A stretch of 61,824 bases of DNA from a virus (taxonomy: Duplodnaviria > Heunggongvirae > Uroviricota > Caudoviricetes), in IMG/VR virus record IMGVR_UViG_3300046318_000589; one strand, 5' to 3'. Numbering within the stretch: the first letter of the stretch is position 1; each line of letters starts with the position of its first letter. A program made the position numbers and the translations under genes. Below the pieces are notes generated by a model. It was given only the letters and a program-made list of their open reading frames with translations, was not told where the DNA came from and did not search any database. Shown piece after piece: positions 1 through 10,155 of the stretch.

Positions 1-85
1 TTTACCCTTGACGCATCGTATCTAGCATCAAGAATATCAAGCTCCTTGCGGTAATGTTCCGCTATAATTTTAATTATTGTCATTG

Positions 86-688
86 TTAAGCTCCTTTTTC
101 TATTGGTACATATTCATTAAAATATGATGTTTTAATTTTATTCCCGTGATGTTTTGCATGATACAATGTTTCATATACCTTTGCGTCCTTGATATTATTA
201 ACCCAATCTTTACCACTCCAAAACAAATCTTTATTTTTGATAATATGGTTTTTGAATTTTACTACAAAATCCTCCACCCTCCAATTAGTATATCTTAGGC
301 TATCTTCAACATCTTGTGTAATGGTACATTTATCTAATATCATTTTAAATAAGTTTATTTTGTTTAATGATACCTTTTCATTGTCAGTTGCACTAAACGC
401 TAACCCTTTAAGAGTATTACTCCCAAAACTTTCTACAGTGTGAAAGTTTTTCCAGTCGATTAAGTGTTCTATTAATTTAAATATTTTTGTATTATTGTCT
501 GCATTTAACATCATGCTATCTAAATAACTCACATAATCATATTTATAGGTTGGGTAATCCATAAGGATTTTTTTAATATCATCTACATATCCAAAAGATA
601 TGCAATAAGAAATCAGTTCATTTATATTCCACCCATCAGGCGTACTCATTTTTTCTTTTAACTTTGCATGATTCATTTTTAAATTCAT
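86..688 (-). CDS. hypothetical early protein
   Basis: 200-aa ORF preceded by AGGGGTTTAAAATG, a variant of the RBS pattern shared across 1-11 kb. Confidence 0.7.
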   Translation of the reverse strand: MNLKMNHAKLKEKMSTPDGWNINELISYCISFGYVDDIKKILMDYPTYKYDYVSYLDSMMLNADNNTKIFKLIEHLIDWKNFHTVESFGSNTLKGLAFSATDNEKVSLNKINLFKMILDKCTITQDVEDSLRYTNWRVEDFVVKFKNHIIKNKDLFWSGKDWVNNIKDAKVYETLYHAKHHGNKIKTSYFNEYVPIEKGA

Positions 689-766
689 TTTAAACCCCTT
701 TATAGCCTTGTTAATTGTTTTATGTAGGGTATATCATAAAAACACGATATACCCCTTAAAATCGCA

Positions 767-1423
767 TTATTCTTTGTTATAGACGATTACTGCACTCTTT
801 AATTCAATAACAATAACTCCGTCCATATTTTTTATATCATTTAAACATTTATTAACGTCAATTAAGTGTAAGATATTATCAATTTCAAAAGCACCTGTTG
901 AAGCTAAAACATATCTCTTAATATCATCATCGTCTGTAAGGATTGTACTTGCTTTTAAAAAGTCAATTAAACCAATATCTAAATCTAAATCGTAGAAAGC
1001 TCTTTCTAGTTTATCACGTTCGTATATACTACTATTTAAGGTTATATAATCCTCCAGGTTACCAAAATGTTTTTTTAAATCCTCCATTAGAGTATCAAGG
1101 TCTTCAAAACAAAAACTTCTTATCCAATAATCCGCAACTTGTTCAACGTCTATTTGTTCGTGTCCATCTCTAATCATTCGATTAATAACCTCAAAAGTTT
1201 CAATATTATTATCACTGATAAATTTGTTAGCGTCTTTTACACTACCAAAATAATAATTTATTTTCTCAAAAATATAATCTCTTATACTTTGCTCAAGGTC
1301 GTCATAATCATAATGACCTGCTGTCTTCCAATCTGTCACGATTGTTTCTATATAGTCTGTTAAACCATATTCTTTCAAGTTATCAAAGCTTGTTATAATG
1401 TCGTTTAAAGTTCTGTCTGTCAT
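767..1423 (-). CDS. acidic early protein, possible ArdA-like DNA mimic
   Basis: Start moved to MTDRTL (AAGGAACTTAACATG RBS). D/E-rich; C-terminal LIDVNKCLNDIKNMDG loosely resembles the ArdA YIDYE..ARD..M.G pattern. Confidence 0.4.
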   Translation of the reverse strand: MTDRTLNDIITSFDNLKEYGLTDYIETIVTDWKTAGHYDYDDLEQSIRDYIFEKINYYFGSVKDANKFISDNNIETFEVINRMIRDGHEQIDVEQVADYWIRSFCFEDLDTLMEDLKKHFGNLEDYITLNSSIYERDKLERAFYDLDLDIGLIDFLKASTILTDDDDIKRYVLASTGAFEIDNILHLIDVNKCLNDIKNMDGVIVIELKSAVIVYNKE

Positions 1424-1433
1424 GTTAAGTTCC

Positions 1434-1802
1434 TTATCTGTTAAAATTAATTGCACTATACAATGGTACAATGGTTAGTTCGTTACTTGAAATATTGTAG
1501 TATTTTGATATATTATCTACTATTAAATTCATAATAATAGTTATGTCATGTGGGTCAAGTCTTTCATTATAATCAAACATTGATTTAAATTGTTTTTGTC
1601 TAGCGTATAATTCACTATATAAAGATTCTTTAATACAGTTTGCTTTACCATTATATGTATAACTTAGAAACATATACTCGGTATAAAACCACGATTCTTC
1701 ATATATAACACTAGGTTTTGGTTCAATCATTCCTTGTGGTTGGTGTATTATTATTGATTGCTGTATTAATTTTGCGTTCTTTGGTATTTTTATCTTATCC
1801 AT
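1434..1802 (-). CDS. hypothetical early protein
   Basis: ORF with GAGGAACTTAAAAATG RBS, directly downstream of the promoter at 1864-1890. Confidence 0.7.
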   Translation of the reverse strand: MDKIKIPKNAKLIQQSIIIHQPQGMIEPKPSVIYEESWFYTEYMFLSYTYNGKANCIKESLYSELYARQKQFKSMFDYNERLDPHDITIIMNLIVDNISKYYNISSNELTIVPLYSAINFNR

Positions 1803-1863
1803 TTTTAAGTTCCTCTGTTTTAAGTTTCAAGAGAATCATTATTAATTCTCTTTCCATATACAC

Positions 1864-1890
1864 ACTATAACCCGTAAAAGTTAAAGTCAA
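1864..1890 (-). promoter_or_regulatory. class I early promoter TTGACT-TTAACTTT-N7-TATAGT
   Basis: Near-identical ~38-bp copy at 6724-6761; both lie in intergenic positions upstream of minus-strand genes. Confidence 0.7.
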
Positions 1891-1891
1891 G

Positions 1892-2917
1892 TTATTTTTT
1901 TAATAAAAAAACATATTTTTTATTATTTTCTGTTATTTGGATATACCCTTTGTTATAAGGATTTTCCATATTGCGAATTAAATCAATATTAATATTGTCC
2001 GATTCAATACTATTAAGCATAAGAATAAAATCATTAATATGAATGTTGCCCTCTATAGTTCCCTCAACGGGTATAATTCTTGTGAATGGTATTGTTTTAT
2101 GTATCGCTTCATACACATACTTAATCATATTATCCGTCCATGTAAGAACGATATTGTCTTTTTTCCATTTTCTCTTACTGGGTATTGTTTCTGTATCAGC
2201 ATCAATATAAGCGATTATCTCGCTTTTTAATGCTTTCAAAGTCGATAATGTAATATGTTTATCTAAATGAATCTTAGTTATTGTTTCGGTTTCAAGTACA
2301 TTAAAAACCCTCTTTAAATCGCTGTTAAAATAGTCATTAGGTTTGTATATGATTGATATATTAGCAGTTTCAATAACGGTAACTTTGTCATATTGTTCTA
2401 TTTTTACATCAACCGCTCCGATTTTATCTAAACATTCAATAACACGCATTAGTTTTTCAGGAATATACACATTTAAGTCATTACTACCCATTGAAAAGGC
2501 ATTATCAATAATAACTTGACTTGCTTTATAGCCGTCTGTGGCTGTAATAATTGTATTATTGTTTGATTGAATATGAATGCCTTTAAGATATTCTCTGGCT
2601 TCACTACCCTTTGCAATATACGACTTTAATTGTTTAATAGCATCAATTAAAGTTTTTGTATCAAGTAATAGAGAATTTTGATACACCCCATATTCAGGGT
2701 TCGCTATAAAATCCTCCACATTCATATCTTGTATAACACCCTCTACATTTCTGATTGTGGTATCATCAAACATATCATCTTTGATATATAAAAAGATATT
2801 CCCGTCGCTCGCTGTCATACCACTATCATTACAAAGTACGTTTTGTAATATCGGTATATTAACATTTTTTGTAACGGTTTTTATTATTGTTTTATATTGT
2901 TTCATATTAAACCTCAA
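1892..2917 (-). CDS. DNA polymerase III beta-clamp (DnaN)-like protein
   Basis: PILQNVL, MTASDG, AREYLKGIHI and ITATDGYKA match repeated DnaN domain motifs (R..L.G+.+; ATDG.RL). Confidence 0.7.
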   Translation of the reverse strand: MRFNMKQYKTIIKTVTKNVNIPILQNVLCNDSGMTASDGNIFLYIKDDMFDDTTIRNVEGVIQDMNVEDFIANPEYGVYQNSLLLDTKTLIDAIKQLKSYIAKGSEAREYLKGIHIQSNNNTIITATDGYKASQVIIDNAFSMGSNDLNVYIPEKLMRVIECLDKIGAVDVKIEQYDKVTVIETANISIIYKPNDYFNSDLKRVFNVLETETITKIHLDKHITLSTLKALKSEIIAYIDADTETIPSKRKWKKDNIVLTWTDNMIKYVYEAIHKTIPFTRIIPVEGTIEGNIHINDFILMLNSIESDNINIDLIRNMENPYNKGYIQITENNKKYVFLLKK

Positions 2918-3485
2918 TTATGATTTTGTGTGTTTCTGTGGTAAATGTTGGATAAAGACTATCAATCTTATTCCAACACTTAGAAGCGTCCATTACATCT
3001 AAAATTTTATCATCGTTACAAGAAATATTAAATATTTCTAAATATGCCTTTTTAACGTCTGTATCAGAATAATCTAACACTCTAACATGATTTTCAAGAT
3101 GTGCTTGAAAATCACTAGGCTTTACTGTGTGATTAATTAATTCATAAATTTTATCAATATTCATTACAACATTATCGCCTATAAGAGAGTATCCGTCTGC
3201 ATGAAACTCTTCTTGCACTAGATAAATATCATGTTTATCTAAAAATTCACTTGGTAAACAAAATTCAAACGATATATCTTTTTCTGTCTCTAAATCATTA
3301 AATCCGTACTTATCAAAGGATATGATTGTATATAAATCTTTATTGATATTTGATATATCAAAAAAAATATTATCATCAGTTATGAATGATTCATTATCAA
3401 TAAAATCTACAGAATCACTTTCATCATTTCTTAAAATGTACTCTAACTCTTTGTTTGCTACTATATAAAATTCTACTTCACTCAT
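2907..3485 (-). CDS. acidic hypothetical protein
   Basis: 192-aa D/E-rich ORF with RBS AAAGGGAATAACAATG. Confidence 0.65.
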   Translation of the reverse strand: MSEVEFYIVANKELEYILRNDESDSVDFIDNESFITDDNIFFDISNINKDLYTIISFDKYGFNDLETEKDISFEFCLPSEFLDKHDIYLVQEEFHADGYSLIGDNVVMNIDKIYELINHTVKPSDFQAHLENHVRVLDYSDTDVKKAYLEIFNISCNDDKILDVMDASKCWNKIDSLYPTFTTETHKIIIEV

Positions 3486-3641
3486 TGTTATTCCCTTTCA
3501 TTGTGTTTAATCTTAATTCAAGTATCGTTCTTTGTCCTGCCATTTTATTATATTTTTGTGCGTTAAAATTATTAAGTATCATGTCAATAATTTCTTTTGT
3601 CATCATTACAATTTGATTATCTAATTCTTGTTGTTTATCTG

Positions 3642-3974
3642 TCATTGTACTACTCCTTTATCAAAAAACACTTGGTCACCATATACACAGATTAAAGCCC
3701 TATTATCATCTAATAATAAAACATAATTATGATGATAATTCGCAAGAAATAAATTACATATACCTTTAAATGACATAATATCAAGATAATGTGGATAATC
3801 GGGGTCACTAAGATACAACCCCTCATAATATAATTCAATATAATATGATTTTAAATCCTGTATAGTATCAAAATATTTTACCTCAAATCCATAAGCAAAA
3901 TAATCTTGATTTATGTTTTTTTCTTGGCAAAAATTTTTAATATTTTGTAAGTCTGTTTCTGTGTAAGTTCTCAT
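3642..3974 (-). CDS. hypothetical early protein
   Basis: Start moved to MRTYTE, which has the GAGGGAACTTAAAAATG RBS. Confidence 0.65.
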   Translation of the reverse strand: MRTYTETDLQNIKNFCQEKNINQDYFAYGFEVKYFDTIQDLKSYYIELYYEGLYLSDPDYPHYLDIMSFKGICNLFLANYHHNYVLLLDDNRALICVYGDQVFFDKGVVQ

Positions 3975-4221
3975 TTTTAAGTTCCCTCGCTTTATGTTAA
4001 TAGAATCATCATAACAGATGATTCTTAAAAATTGGTTAATCTTCTTTACCATCAAGGATATTTCTTATATCTTTTATAAAATCTGTCCCTCGATACAAAG
4101 GTTAAATCTATTATGTAATTAACATTAAAAGGTCGTAACCCCCTAAGTTCTAGTACTCTTTTTGTATAAATTCTGTCAAACTCGTTTTCGCTTTGTACCT
4201 GTATTTTATGCACCAGTTTTT

Positions 4222-4584
4222 TCATAATTGCACAATCCTAATATCTGTAATTTTATCTTTTAACTTTAACATATTATATACAAATTCTGCAATGACAGGG
4301 CTTGTATATATTTGTGATTTATCCAAGGGTACAAATTCCACCCCGTCATAATAAAGTTCAGTGTCGTTTTTCTCTATAACAAAATTACCTTCTGTTATTT
4401 GATTGACTATTGTTGTAAAAAGCCCCCCCCCTACATCCACTGCTTTTTTTACATTTTTGTTATAATCTTTCTTATTGAATATCAAAATTTCTTTTTTATT
4501 CTTGGTGAAAGATATACCATTCCAATAAGTTATCAAAACACTTGAATCATCGTCTATAAATTCTTGTCTTATATTATATAGCAT
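4222..4584 (-). CDS. hypothetical protein with internal repeat
   Basis: ORF track; two similar segments (YWNGISF / YYDGVEF). Confidence 0.6.
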   Translation of the reverse strand: MLYNIRQEFIDDDSSVLITYWNGISFTKNKKEILIFNKKDYNKNVKKAVDVGGGLFTTIVNQITEGNFVIEKNDTELYYDGVEFVPLDKSQIYTSPVIAEFVYNMLKLKDKITDIRIVQL

Positions 4585-4900
4585 GATTATATCCTCCGCT
4601 TAAGATTAACTCGATTTTTTTATTAATTGTAATGGTATTATTTTCTAAATCTGTTTCAATATCTATTAAAAGATTATTATCTTTAAAGAATTTGTGAATT
4701 GCGTTTGTCACGTCAATAATTAAATCTTCTGCACTATGATACGTTTCTTGTTCATTTAGCCATTGTTCAGATAAATAAAAATCATAAGAGATGATATTTA
4801 ATTCGGTATTTAAATTTAATATCGAATCTTTTACAAAGTCAATATTTGTATCTGCTTTGATAGTATTAAAAAGTTCGGTTAAGTCTATATATTGTGTCAT
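4574..4900 (-). CDS. acidic hypothetical protein
   Basis: CAAGGAGCTTAAAATG RBS and class I promoter at 4937-4957. Confidence 0.65.
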   Translation of the reverse strand: MTQYIDLTELFNTIKADTNIDFVKDSILNLNTELNIISYDFYLSEQWLNEQETYHSAEDLIIDVTNAIHKFFKDNNLLIDIETDLENNTITINKKIELILSGGYNHAI

Positions 4901-4936
4901 TTTAAGCTCCTTGTTAATGACTGTTTCGATTGTTAA

Positions 4937-4957
4937 AGTTTACCATTGAAAGATTAA
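4937..4957 (-). promoter_or_regulatory. class I early promoter TTAATCTT-N4-TGG-TAAACT
   Basis: Same architecture as the copy at 5472-5492; extended -10. Confidence 0.65.
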
Positions 4958-4964
4958 AATTTGA

Positions 4965-5444
4965 TTAATCAATCATTTTTATTTTTAAACCATTATATCT
5001 TTTACTGTATGCAACACCAACATCATTAAAATCTTTCAATTTAAAAGATTCTGTAAATGTTTTTAATCCTGCATCATATAGTGTTTTAGTTCTTTGTTTT
5101 AATATTCCTTGCTGTCCGTCAAGATATGAATCATCCTGTTTAATTCTAACAGTATAATCTACAATTTTTGTAGGATTATCTCTATAATTTATTTCTGTTA
5201 CAGTAGTACAATATGTATTAAATTTATTTTTATTTTTTAAGTAAAAATCAGATAATAAAAAATTATCATGTTCTTCTTTATTTTTTGTGCTGTGATAGCT
5301 TGCATATATTTTTGTAGGATTTGCACTGTCAAAATACCCGTCTTGGATATTAAAAATTTTATTAAACTCTTTTACAAAAGTTTCATATTCAAGATATGTT
5401 TTAAATATTGCGTTGTATTGTGTGATTAATTTTTGTTCAGTCAT
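4965..5444 (-). CDS. hypothetical early protein
   Basis: GGGGAGCTTAAAATG RBS and class I promoter at 5472-5492. Confidence 0.65.
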   Translation of the reverse strand: MTEQKLITQYNAIFKTYLEYETFVKEFNKIFNIQDGYFDSANPTKIYASYHSTKNKEEHDNFLLSDFYLKNKNKFNTYCTTVTEINYRDNPTKIVDYTVRIKQDDSYLDGQQGILKQRTKTLYDAGLKTFTESFKLKDFNDVGVAYSKRYNGLKIKMID

Positions 5445-5471
5445 TTTAAGCTCCCCTGCTTTGATTGTTTA

Positions 5472-5492
5472 AGTTTACCATATAAAGATTAA
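5472..5492 (-). promoter_or_regulatory. class I early promoter inside a palindrome
   Basis: TTAATCTT-TATA-TGG-TAAACT; flanked by the inverted repeat GTTTACCATATA...TATATGGTAAAC. Confidence 0.65.
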
Positions 5493-5519
5493 TATATGGT
5501 AAACAAGATTAAATATTTT

Positions 5520-6290
5520 TTATGCACGGATACCACGCATAAATCTTTCAATGGTTATACTTTTCCATTGTTCCCTTGTCATAGTGGCGTGTGTATATGA
5601 TGCTAAAAATTGTTTATATGTAAAAGTTAGCTTTATATATTTTCTCAATGCTGTAAAAACGGATATTTTTTTGTAGTCGTTTTGCGTGATGTTGTTTTTA
5701 AAGTTTCCCAAACGAATCAAAGTACCGTTAGGCTCTCTGAAGGTTATTCCGTCTTGATATGTCAAAAATGTATCTGTTGTAATGCTATATCTTGTTTTAT
5801 TAAACACTATAATATCACCCGATTTTAATTTATCTTGTGGTTTACTTGCTTTATCATACGCATCATAAAATTCTTGCTCTGAATATTTTTGTTTACCATA
5901 TCCTGTTAAATCTTGCTTATAAAAATCATAATCTCTAATATTTTTATATAAGCACCAAGTGAAGCGATAATGTCTTTTAAGGTAATCCTCCATTTTTTGT
6001 TTATTAAACCAGTCGCCCTGCGATAACCATTTTTTACCTTTATGATAATCGCTTTGTTTATCAATGTATTCTTTGATAAGGTCAAAACAAAAATAAAAAA
6101 CGATACGACAATCACAATCTTCCTCATACCAATTATCAGACGTTCTAAAAACCTTCGGTATTAATTTTAAAGCATCAAATGTTGGTTTAATCCCCCCATG
6201 CCCCGCTGTGCTAACAGAAAAAATATTTTCTGCAAGTTGTGTTTCGTCTTGTACTTGTCCCCAAGGACTTGCTTTATATTTGTATGTCAT
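5520..6290 (-). CDS. DUF7007-like protein of mobile-element early regions
   Basis: SPWGQVQ...SVSTAGHGGI...WYEEDCD signature. Confidence 0.6.
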   Translation of the reverse strand: MTYKYKASPWGQVQDETQLAENIFSVSTAGHGGIKPTFDALKLIPKVFRTSDNWYEEDCDCRIVFYFCFDLIKEYIDKQSDYHKGKKWLSQGDWFNKQKMEDYLKRHYRFTWCLYKNIRDYDFYKQDLTGYGKQKYSEQEFYDAYDKASKPQDKLKSGDIIVFNKTRYSITTDTFLTYQDGITFREPNGTLIRLGNFKNNITQNDYKKISVFTALRKYIKLTFTYKQFLASYTHATMTREQWKSITIERFMRGIRA

Positions 6291-6323
6291 GTTTAAATCT
6301 CCTTTAATATGTTACTGTTATGA

Positions 6324-6668
6324 TTAAATATTTATATTTAATACATTATCAAGCTCAAGACCCAAGTCGTTCCAATATTCTTTTAATGCTTCTTGATTCT
6401 GAAAAGATTCGTATTTTTTACCTAAGGTATCAGTTAATGAATTTAAATATAATGCGTTCATTAAAACCCCCTGTTTATAGTCTGTTTTATCGTTGTTAAA
6501 AATTATCATTACAAAATGAAAACCATTATCATTTTTATTTGTGTAAACATTAACTTCAGCTATTTTATAGCTATTTTTTATTCCAATATATGCACCAATA
6601 AATCTTTTTTTATTCATAATATTTGAAATTTGATTTATTGTTGCTACGCTTCTTGATTGTAGTTCCAT
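6324..6668 (-). CDS. hypothetical early protein
   Basis: Start moved to MELQSRS (GAGGAGCTTAAAAATG); the upstream extension in the ORF track overlaps a promoter. Confidence 0.6.
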   Translation of the reverse strand: MELQSRSVATINQISNIMNKKRFIGAYIGIKNSYKIAEVNVYTNKNDNGFHFVMIIFNNDKTDYKQGVLMNALYLNSLTDTLGKKYESFQNQEALKEYWNDLGLELDNVLNINI

Positions 6669-6731
6669 TTTTAAGCTCCTCTGCTTTGATTGTTGCAAAG
6701 GAATCATCATTGATTCCCCTGCTATACACAC

Positions 6732-6758
6732 ACTATAACCATAAAAAGTTAAAGTCAA
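6732..6758 (-). promoter_or_regulatory. class I early promoter TTGACT-TTAACTTT-N7-TATAGT
   Basis: Second copy of the 1864-1890 element. Confidence 0.7.
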
Positions 6759-8326
6759 GTTAATAATAGCGGTTTAAAATAAATATTTTTACCTAAATTA
6801 TCATTATAAACCGATATAGAATCTTCATATTGTTTCACAAGTTCTTTTTCAATATCTTGCATATCGCTGTATGGTTTAAATCCATAATCGTTAGGCAGCC
6901 AGTTTTTTTCTTTACCGCATATAATATTAAAGCGTCTTAAAAGGTCATCATCTTTAAATGTCAAGTGGATAGTACCTTTTTTATAAATCTTTATGTCTTT
7001 AAAAAAGCTTGATTCATAGATATTGTCAATACCTTGTTTTTTATCCTCAATGATATAATTAACAGTGTCAACTAAAGAATCAACATCATCTAAACCAGCG
7101 ATATAATTAAAAATAACATCAATTTCATGTAATCTGTCCTTTGTTCTATATCCAAGCTCCCATTTTTTAGAAAAATCACTTATAAAAGCTCCGCCCCCTA
7201 AAGGTATAATGATTTTTTTATTGACTTTAAAGACCTTGTTTGTCTTCCATTTAAAGCTTGTTCTACTATTTTCAATGTCTTTATCTTTTAAACTCCAATG
7301 GTTATCATCCGCCCAAGAATAGGTCAAGTCATCAAATAGTTTCACTGTATCTTTTACAATGAAGTCATTCGCTATTTTTAAAAAGTTTTCAACAAGAAAT
7401 TTTATGTTATATTCGCTAAATTCAAGATTATAAAAATCTCTTAAAGAATTAACAAGATTGTTTCTTGTACTATACGTTAATTTTTTATAAACGCTTGGCA
7501 AGTCTAATACTTTATTCCAATAGTCCGATTTTAAACCGCTCAAAAAGTCATTGTAATGATTTTTTAATTTATCGTTTAACGTACCACTATAATCTTTTGA
7601 TGATAAGGGTAAATATTTTGCAATACCGCCCCCCGAATTTGAATAATAACTGATTAAAAGACCTTTCCCTTGCTCTCGTAAATTCTCAAAGGATTTTACA
7701 AGATTATACATTTTATCAGTGTTTATCTCAATATCAGTTTTATCTTTTATATCCTGTATGGTATCTTTATCCACCTCTAAATCAAGATTTAAATCTTTTG
7801 ATAGTTCATTTTCAATATTGATATATATCAAAGCAATTTCAACGCTTGTTTTGCGTTCGCTGTCTAAGAAAGCATTTTGTATATATTCAATGTCTGCCCC
7901 TAAGTCATGCAATCGCTTTGCAAGTTCTTTTCTTGTAACGCTGTAATTATTTTTTAAAGTTTCCGCATTTAATATACAGATAATTTGACCATTATACATT
8001 AAATCAATCGCTTTTAATAAATGTTTATCACCATTATCAAATGGCGGATTCATAATGATTAAATCGTAAAATTTACTGTCGTTAAACTGTAAAAAATCAC
8101 TCCCTACAAGATTATATTTATCCTGTATCAGTATTTTTTGCAAATTTGAATCAATCTCTATAACATCTATTTTATACTCTCTATGCGTTAGCATTTTTGT
8201 TATATGTCCAGCACCTGCGGAAGGTTCAAGAATATTCTTGATTGTCCTTTTTTGGTTTATTTTGCCAATCATTTTTACGATTAAATCGTTTGGGGTTGGG
8301 TAAAAGTTTTTATTATCGTTAAACAT
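6755..8326 (-). CDS. N6-adenine DNA methyltransferase with DUF4942-like C-terminus
   Basis: FYPTP, ILEPSAGAGH (SAM binding), MNPPF (catalytic); C-terminal IKIYKKGTIHLTF...RFNI typical of DUF4942. Confidence 0.8.
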   Translation of the reverse strand: MFNDNKNFYPTPNDLIVKMIGKINQKRTIKNILEPSAGAGHITKMLTHREYKIDVIEIDSNLQKILIQDKYNLVGSDFLQFNDSKFYDLIIMNPPFDNGDKHLLKAIDLMYNGQIICILNAETLKNNYSVTRKELAKRLHDLGADIEYIQNAFLDSERKTSVEIALIYINIENELSKDLNLDLEVDKDTIQDIKDKTDIEINTDKMYNLVKSFENLREQGKGLLISYYSNSGGGIAKYLPLSSKDYSGTLNDKLKNHYNDFLSGLKSDYWNKVLDLPSVYKKLTYSTRNNLVNSLRDFYNLEFSEYNIKFLVENFLKIANDFIVKDTVKLFDDLTYSWADDNHWSLKDKDIENSRTSFKWKTNKVFKVNKKIIIPLGGGAFISDFSKKWELGYRTKDRLHEIDVIFNYIAGLDDVDSLVDTVNYIIEDKKQGIDNIYESSFFKDIKIYKKGTIHLTFKDDDLLRRFNIICGKEKNWLPNDYGFKPYSDMQDIEKELVKQYEDSISVYNDNLGKNIYFKPLLLT

Positions 8327-8771
8327 TTTTTAATCTTTCTATTAAATCTAATTTATCTTTAAACATATTTAAATCAGGATAACCATTTTTAAATAGTCTA
8401 GTCAATCGCATTCTATTTTCTATTCTCTCCTCCGTTTCCCCTCTTAATTCTGCAAAATAGCGTGTTTGCGAATCTTCTTGTTTTATGGTATCATAATGTC
8501 TTTGTAGGCTTCTTACAATACTATTTAACCCCTCCAACATAAAATCACACATATCAATATTATTAATCAGAGTGTCAGATATAACAAATAAAGGTAAATC
8601 ATTTTTTACCATATCAGAAATTTCTAAATTGCCATTTTTGATAAAGGTTTCAAAGCAAATCTTATTATCAATAACGCTATTCAACAAGCAAAGAGTGATT
8701 CCCCCTTGCCATCCGTCATAATGTTTATAATAAAGATTGTTGTTCAGTTTAATTTTACAAGGTGTTCCCAT
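8319..8771 (-). CDS. conserved phage hypothetical protein
   Basis: MGT...Y.H.DG N-terminal motif recurrent in phage early genes; class I promoter at 8803-8823. Confidence 0.6.
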   Translation of the reverse strand: MGTPCKIKLNNNLYYKHYDGWQGGITLCLLNSVIDNKICFETFIKNGNLEISDMVKNDLPLFVISDTLINNIDMCDFMLEGLNSIVRSLQRHYDTIKQEDSQTRYFAELRGETEERIENRMRLTRLFKNGYPDLNMFKDKLDLIERLKNV

Positions 8772-9048
8772 AATCTAAATCCTTTTGTTAGTTTACTGTT
8801 TAATATTATTATGAAAAGATTAATTAATTGTTAATAACTTTTCATTTTTGCAAATACTGATAAATTAACCCAAGATTCAACCATTTTAAATTCTATTGCG
8901 TGCTGTTTATGTATTCGTTTAACATTACACATAGATTCATTTAATTCTAGCAACCATATTTTATTTAAGGCTGTTTTAATTTGTTTCATTATTGACATTT
9001 TTAAAGCTCCATTTGTCGCTATTTATAATTTACTATAATCTAAAATGA

Positions 9049-9321
9049 TTAAGATTGTATTAATGTTGTAAGTTTATTTTTCAAACTATCATCGGACAGT
9101 TTAAAAGTGTTAAAAGATTTATTAATTTTTTCAATTAGACATTTAACATAGCTCTCAGGATTAACAGATTTTATTTCTGTAATCATCATCAAAGTTTTAT
9201 TGACCTTATACGATTGAAAGCCGTTATATGTCACTTTATAGATATTTAACATATTGATATTGTCTTTTTTAACAATATCGAATCGCAAGCAATTCCTTGC
9301 TATATCAATTTTTGATTCCAT
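9049..9321 (-). CDS. hypothetical protein
   Basis: ORF track; part of the minus-strand early cluster. Confidence 0.55.
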   Translation of the reverse strand: MESKIDIARNCLRFDIVKKDNINMLNIYKVTYNGFQSYKVNKTLMMITEIKSVNPESYVKCLIEKINKSFNTFKLSDDSLKNKLTTLIQS

Positions 9322-9324
9322 TGT

Positions 9325-9609
9325 TTATAATCCTTTAAAAATTATTTTTTCTTTTTTTGTAAGTTCATTATTTTTATGTGATTGAAACATATCATATAAA
9401 TCATAAATTTCATCTTTGGTTAAGTTTAAAATATTCTTAGATTTAAAATCAACAAGAATACTTCTAAAAATACCCCATTCATAGACTTGTTTTGTTAATA
9501 ATATTTCATCATTATATAAACAATCATAAGAAATATTTTTATCCAGTAAGTTATTTAAAGTTAAAAACTTTATAACTTCTAGATTGTATCCAACTGTTGT
9601 GTTAATCAT
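9325..9609 (-). CDS. hypothetical protein
   Basis: AAGGAGCAAAAACCATG RBS; class I promoter at 9651-9671. Confidence 0.6.
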   Translation of the reverse strand: MINTTVGYNLEVIKFLTLNNLLDKNISYDCLYNDEILLTKQVYEWGIFRSILVDFKSKNILNLTKDEIYDLYDMFQSHKNNELTKKEKIIFKGL

Positions 9610-9849
9610 GGTTTTTGCTCCTTTTGGTAATGGTTAAATAACTTATATTAATACTACTCTAAAAAGATTAAAATAGTATTAACAATAAATTATCCAGTCT
9701 TTTCAATATCATGTAATTTTATCAAATCTTCGTTAAAAACGGTATAAACCCGCAAGCCTTTATTAATAATCTTATCTTCTTCATTTTTTGATATAATAAC
9801 CTTTCTTATAGATACCCCTTGACCCTTGGCATCAGTTAATATACCGATG

Positions 9850-10071
9850 TTATTGTGATTGACATGTAGCATGATTCTTACCCCCTGTTTTTTTACTTGA
9901 TTGATAATCTTCTAAGAATTTTTTTGCAAAATATATTTCTTCCACAAATTCTGTTATTAATTCTTCCGACCCCTCACAATCAGGGTCATCTATTAATTCT
10001 TTTTGATATTCACATAATTCGTTTAGTGATTTTATGCGTTTTTTTAGCCAAGATTCAAAATCCTTATTCAT
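9850..10071 (-). CDS. acidic hypothetical protein
   Basis: AAAGGAGTTTTTGAAATG RBS; promoter at 10127-10155. Confidence 0.6.
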   Translation of the reverse strand: MNKDFESWLKKRIKSLNELCEYQKELIDDPDCEGSEELITEFVEEIYFAKKFLEDYQSSKKTGGKNHATCQSQ

Positions 10072-10126
10072 TTCAAAAACTCCTTTGGTTGTTTTTACAG
10101 TTTACAACTGCTCGCTTTACAAATTC

Positions 10127-10155
10127 ACTATACAATCAAAATATTAACAATTCAA
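10127..10155 (-). promoter_or_regulatory. sigma70-type promoter TTGAAT-N17-TATAGT containing a TTAATATT box
   Basis: Exact 17-nt spacer; homologous to 11142-11170, including the downstream AATTTGTAAA. Confidence 0.75.

Noticed and set aside
727-757. Hairpin GGGTATATC-N10-GATATACCC between two early genes
   Set aside because: Real inverted repeat, but single copy with no clear U-tract; most simply a terminator or processing hairpin
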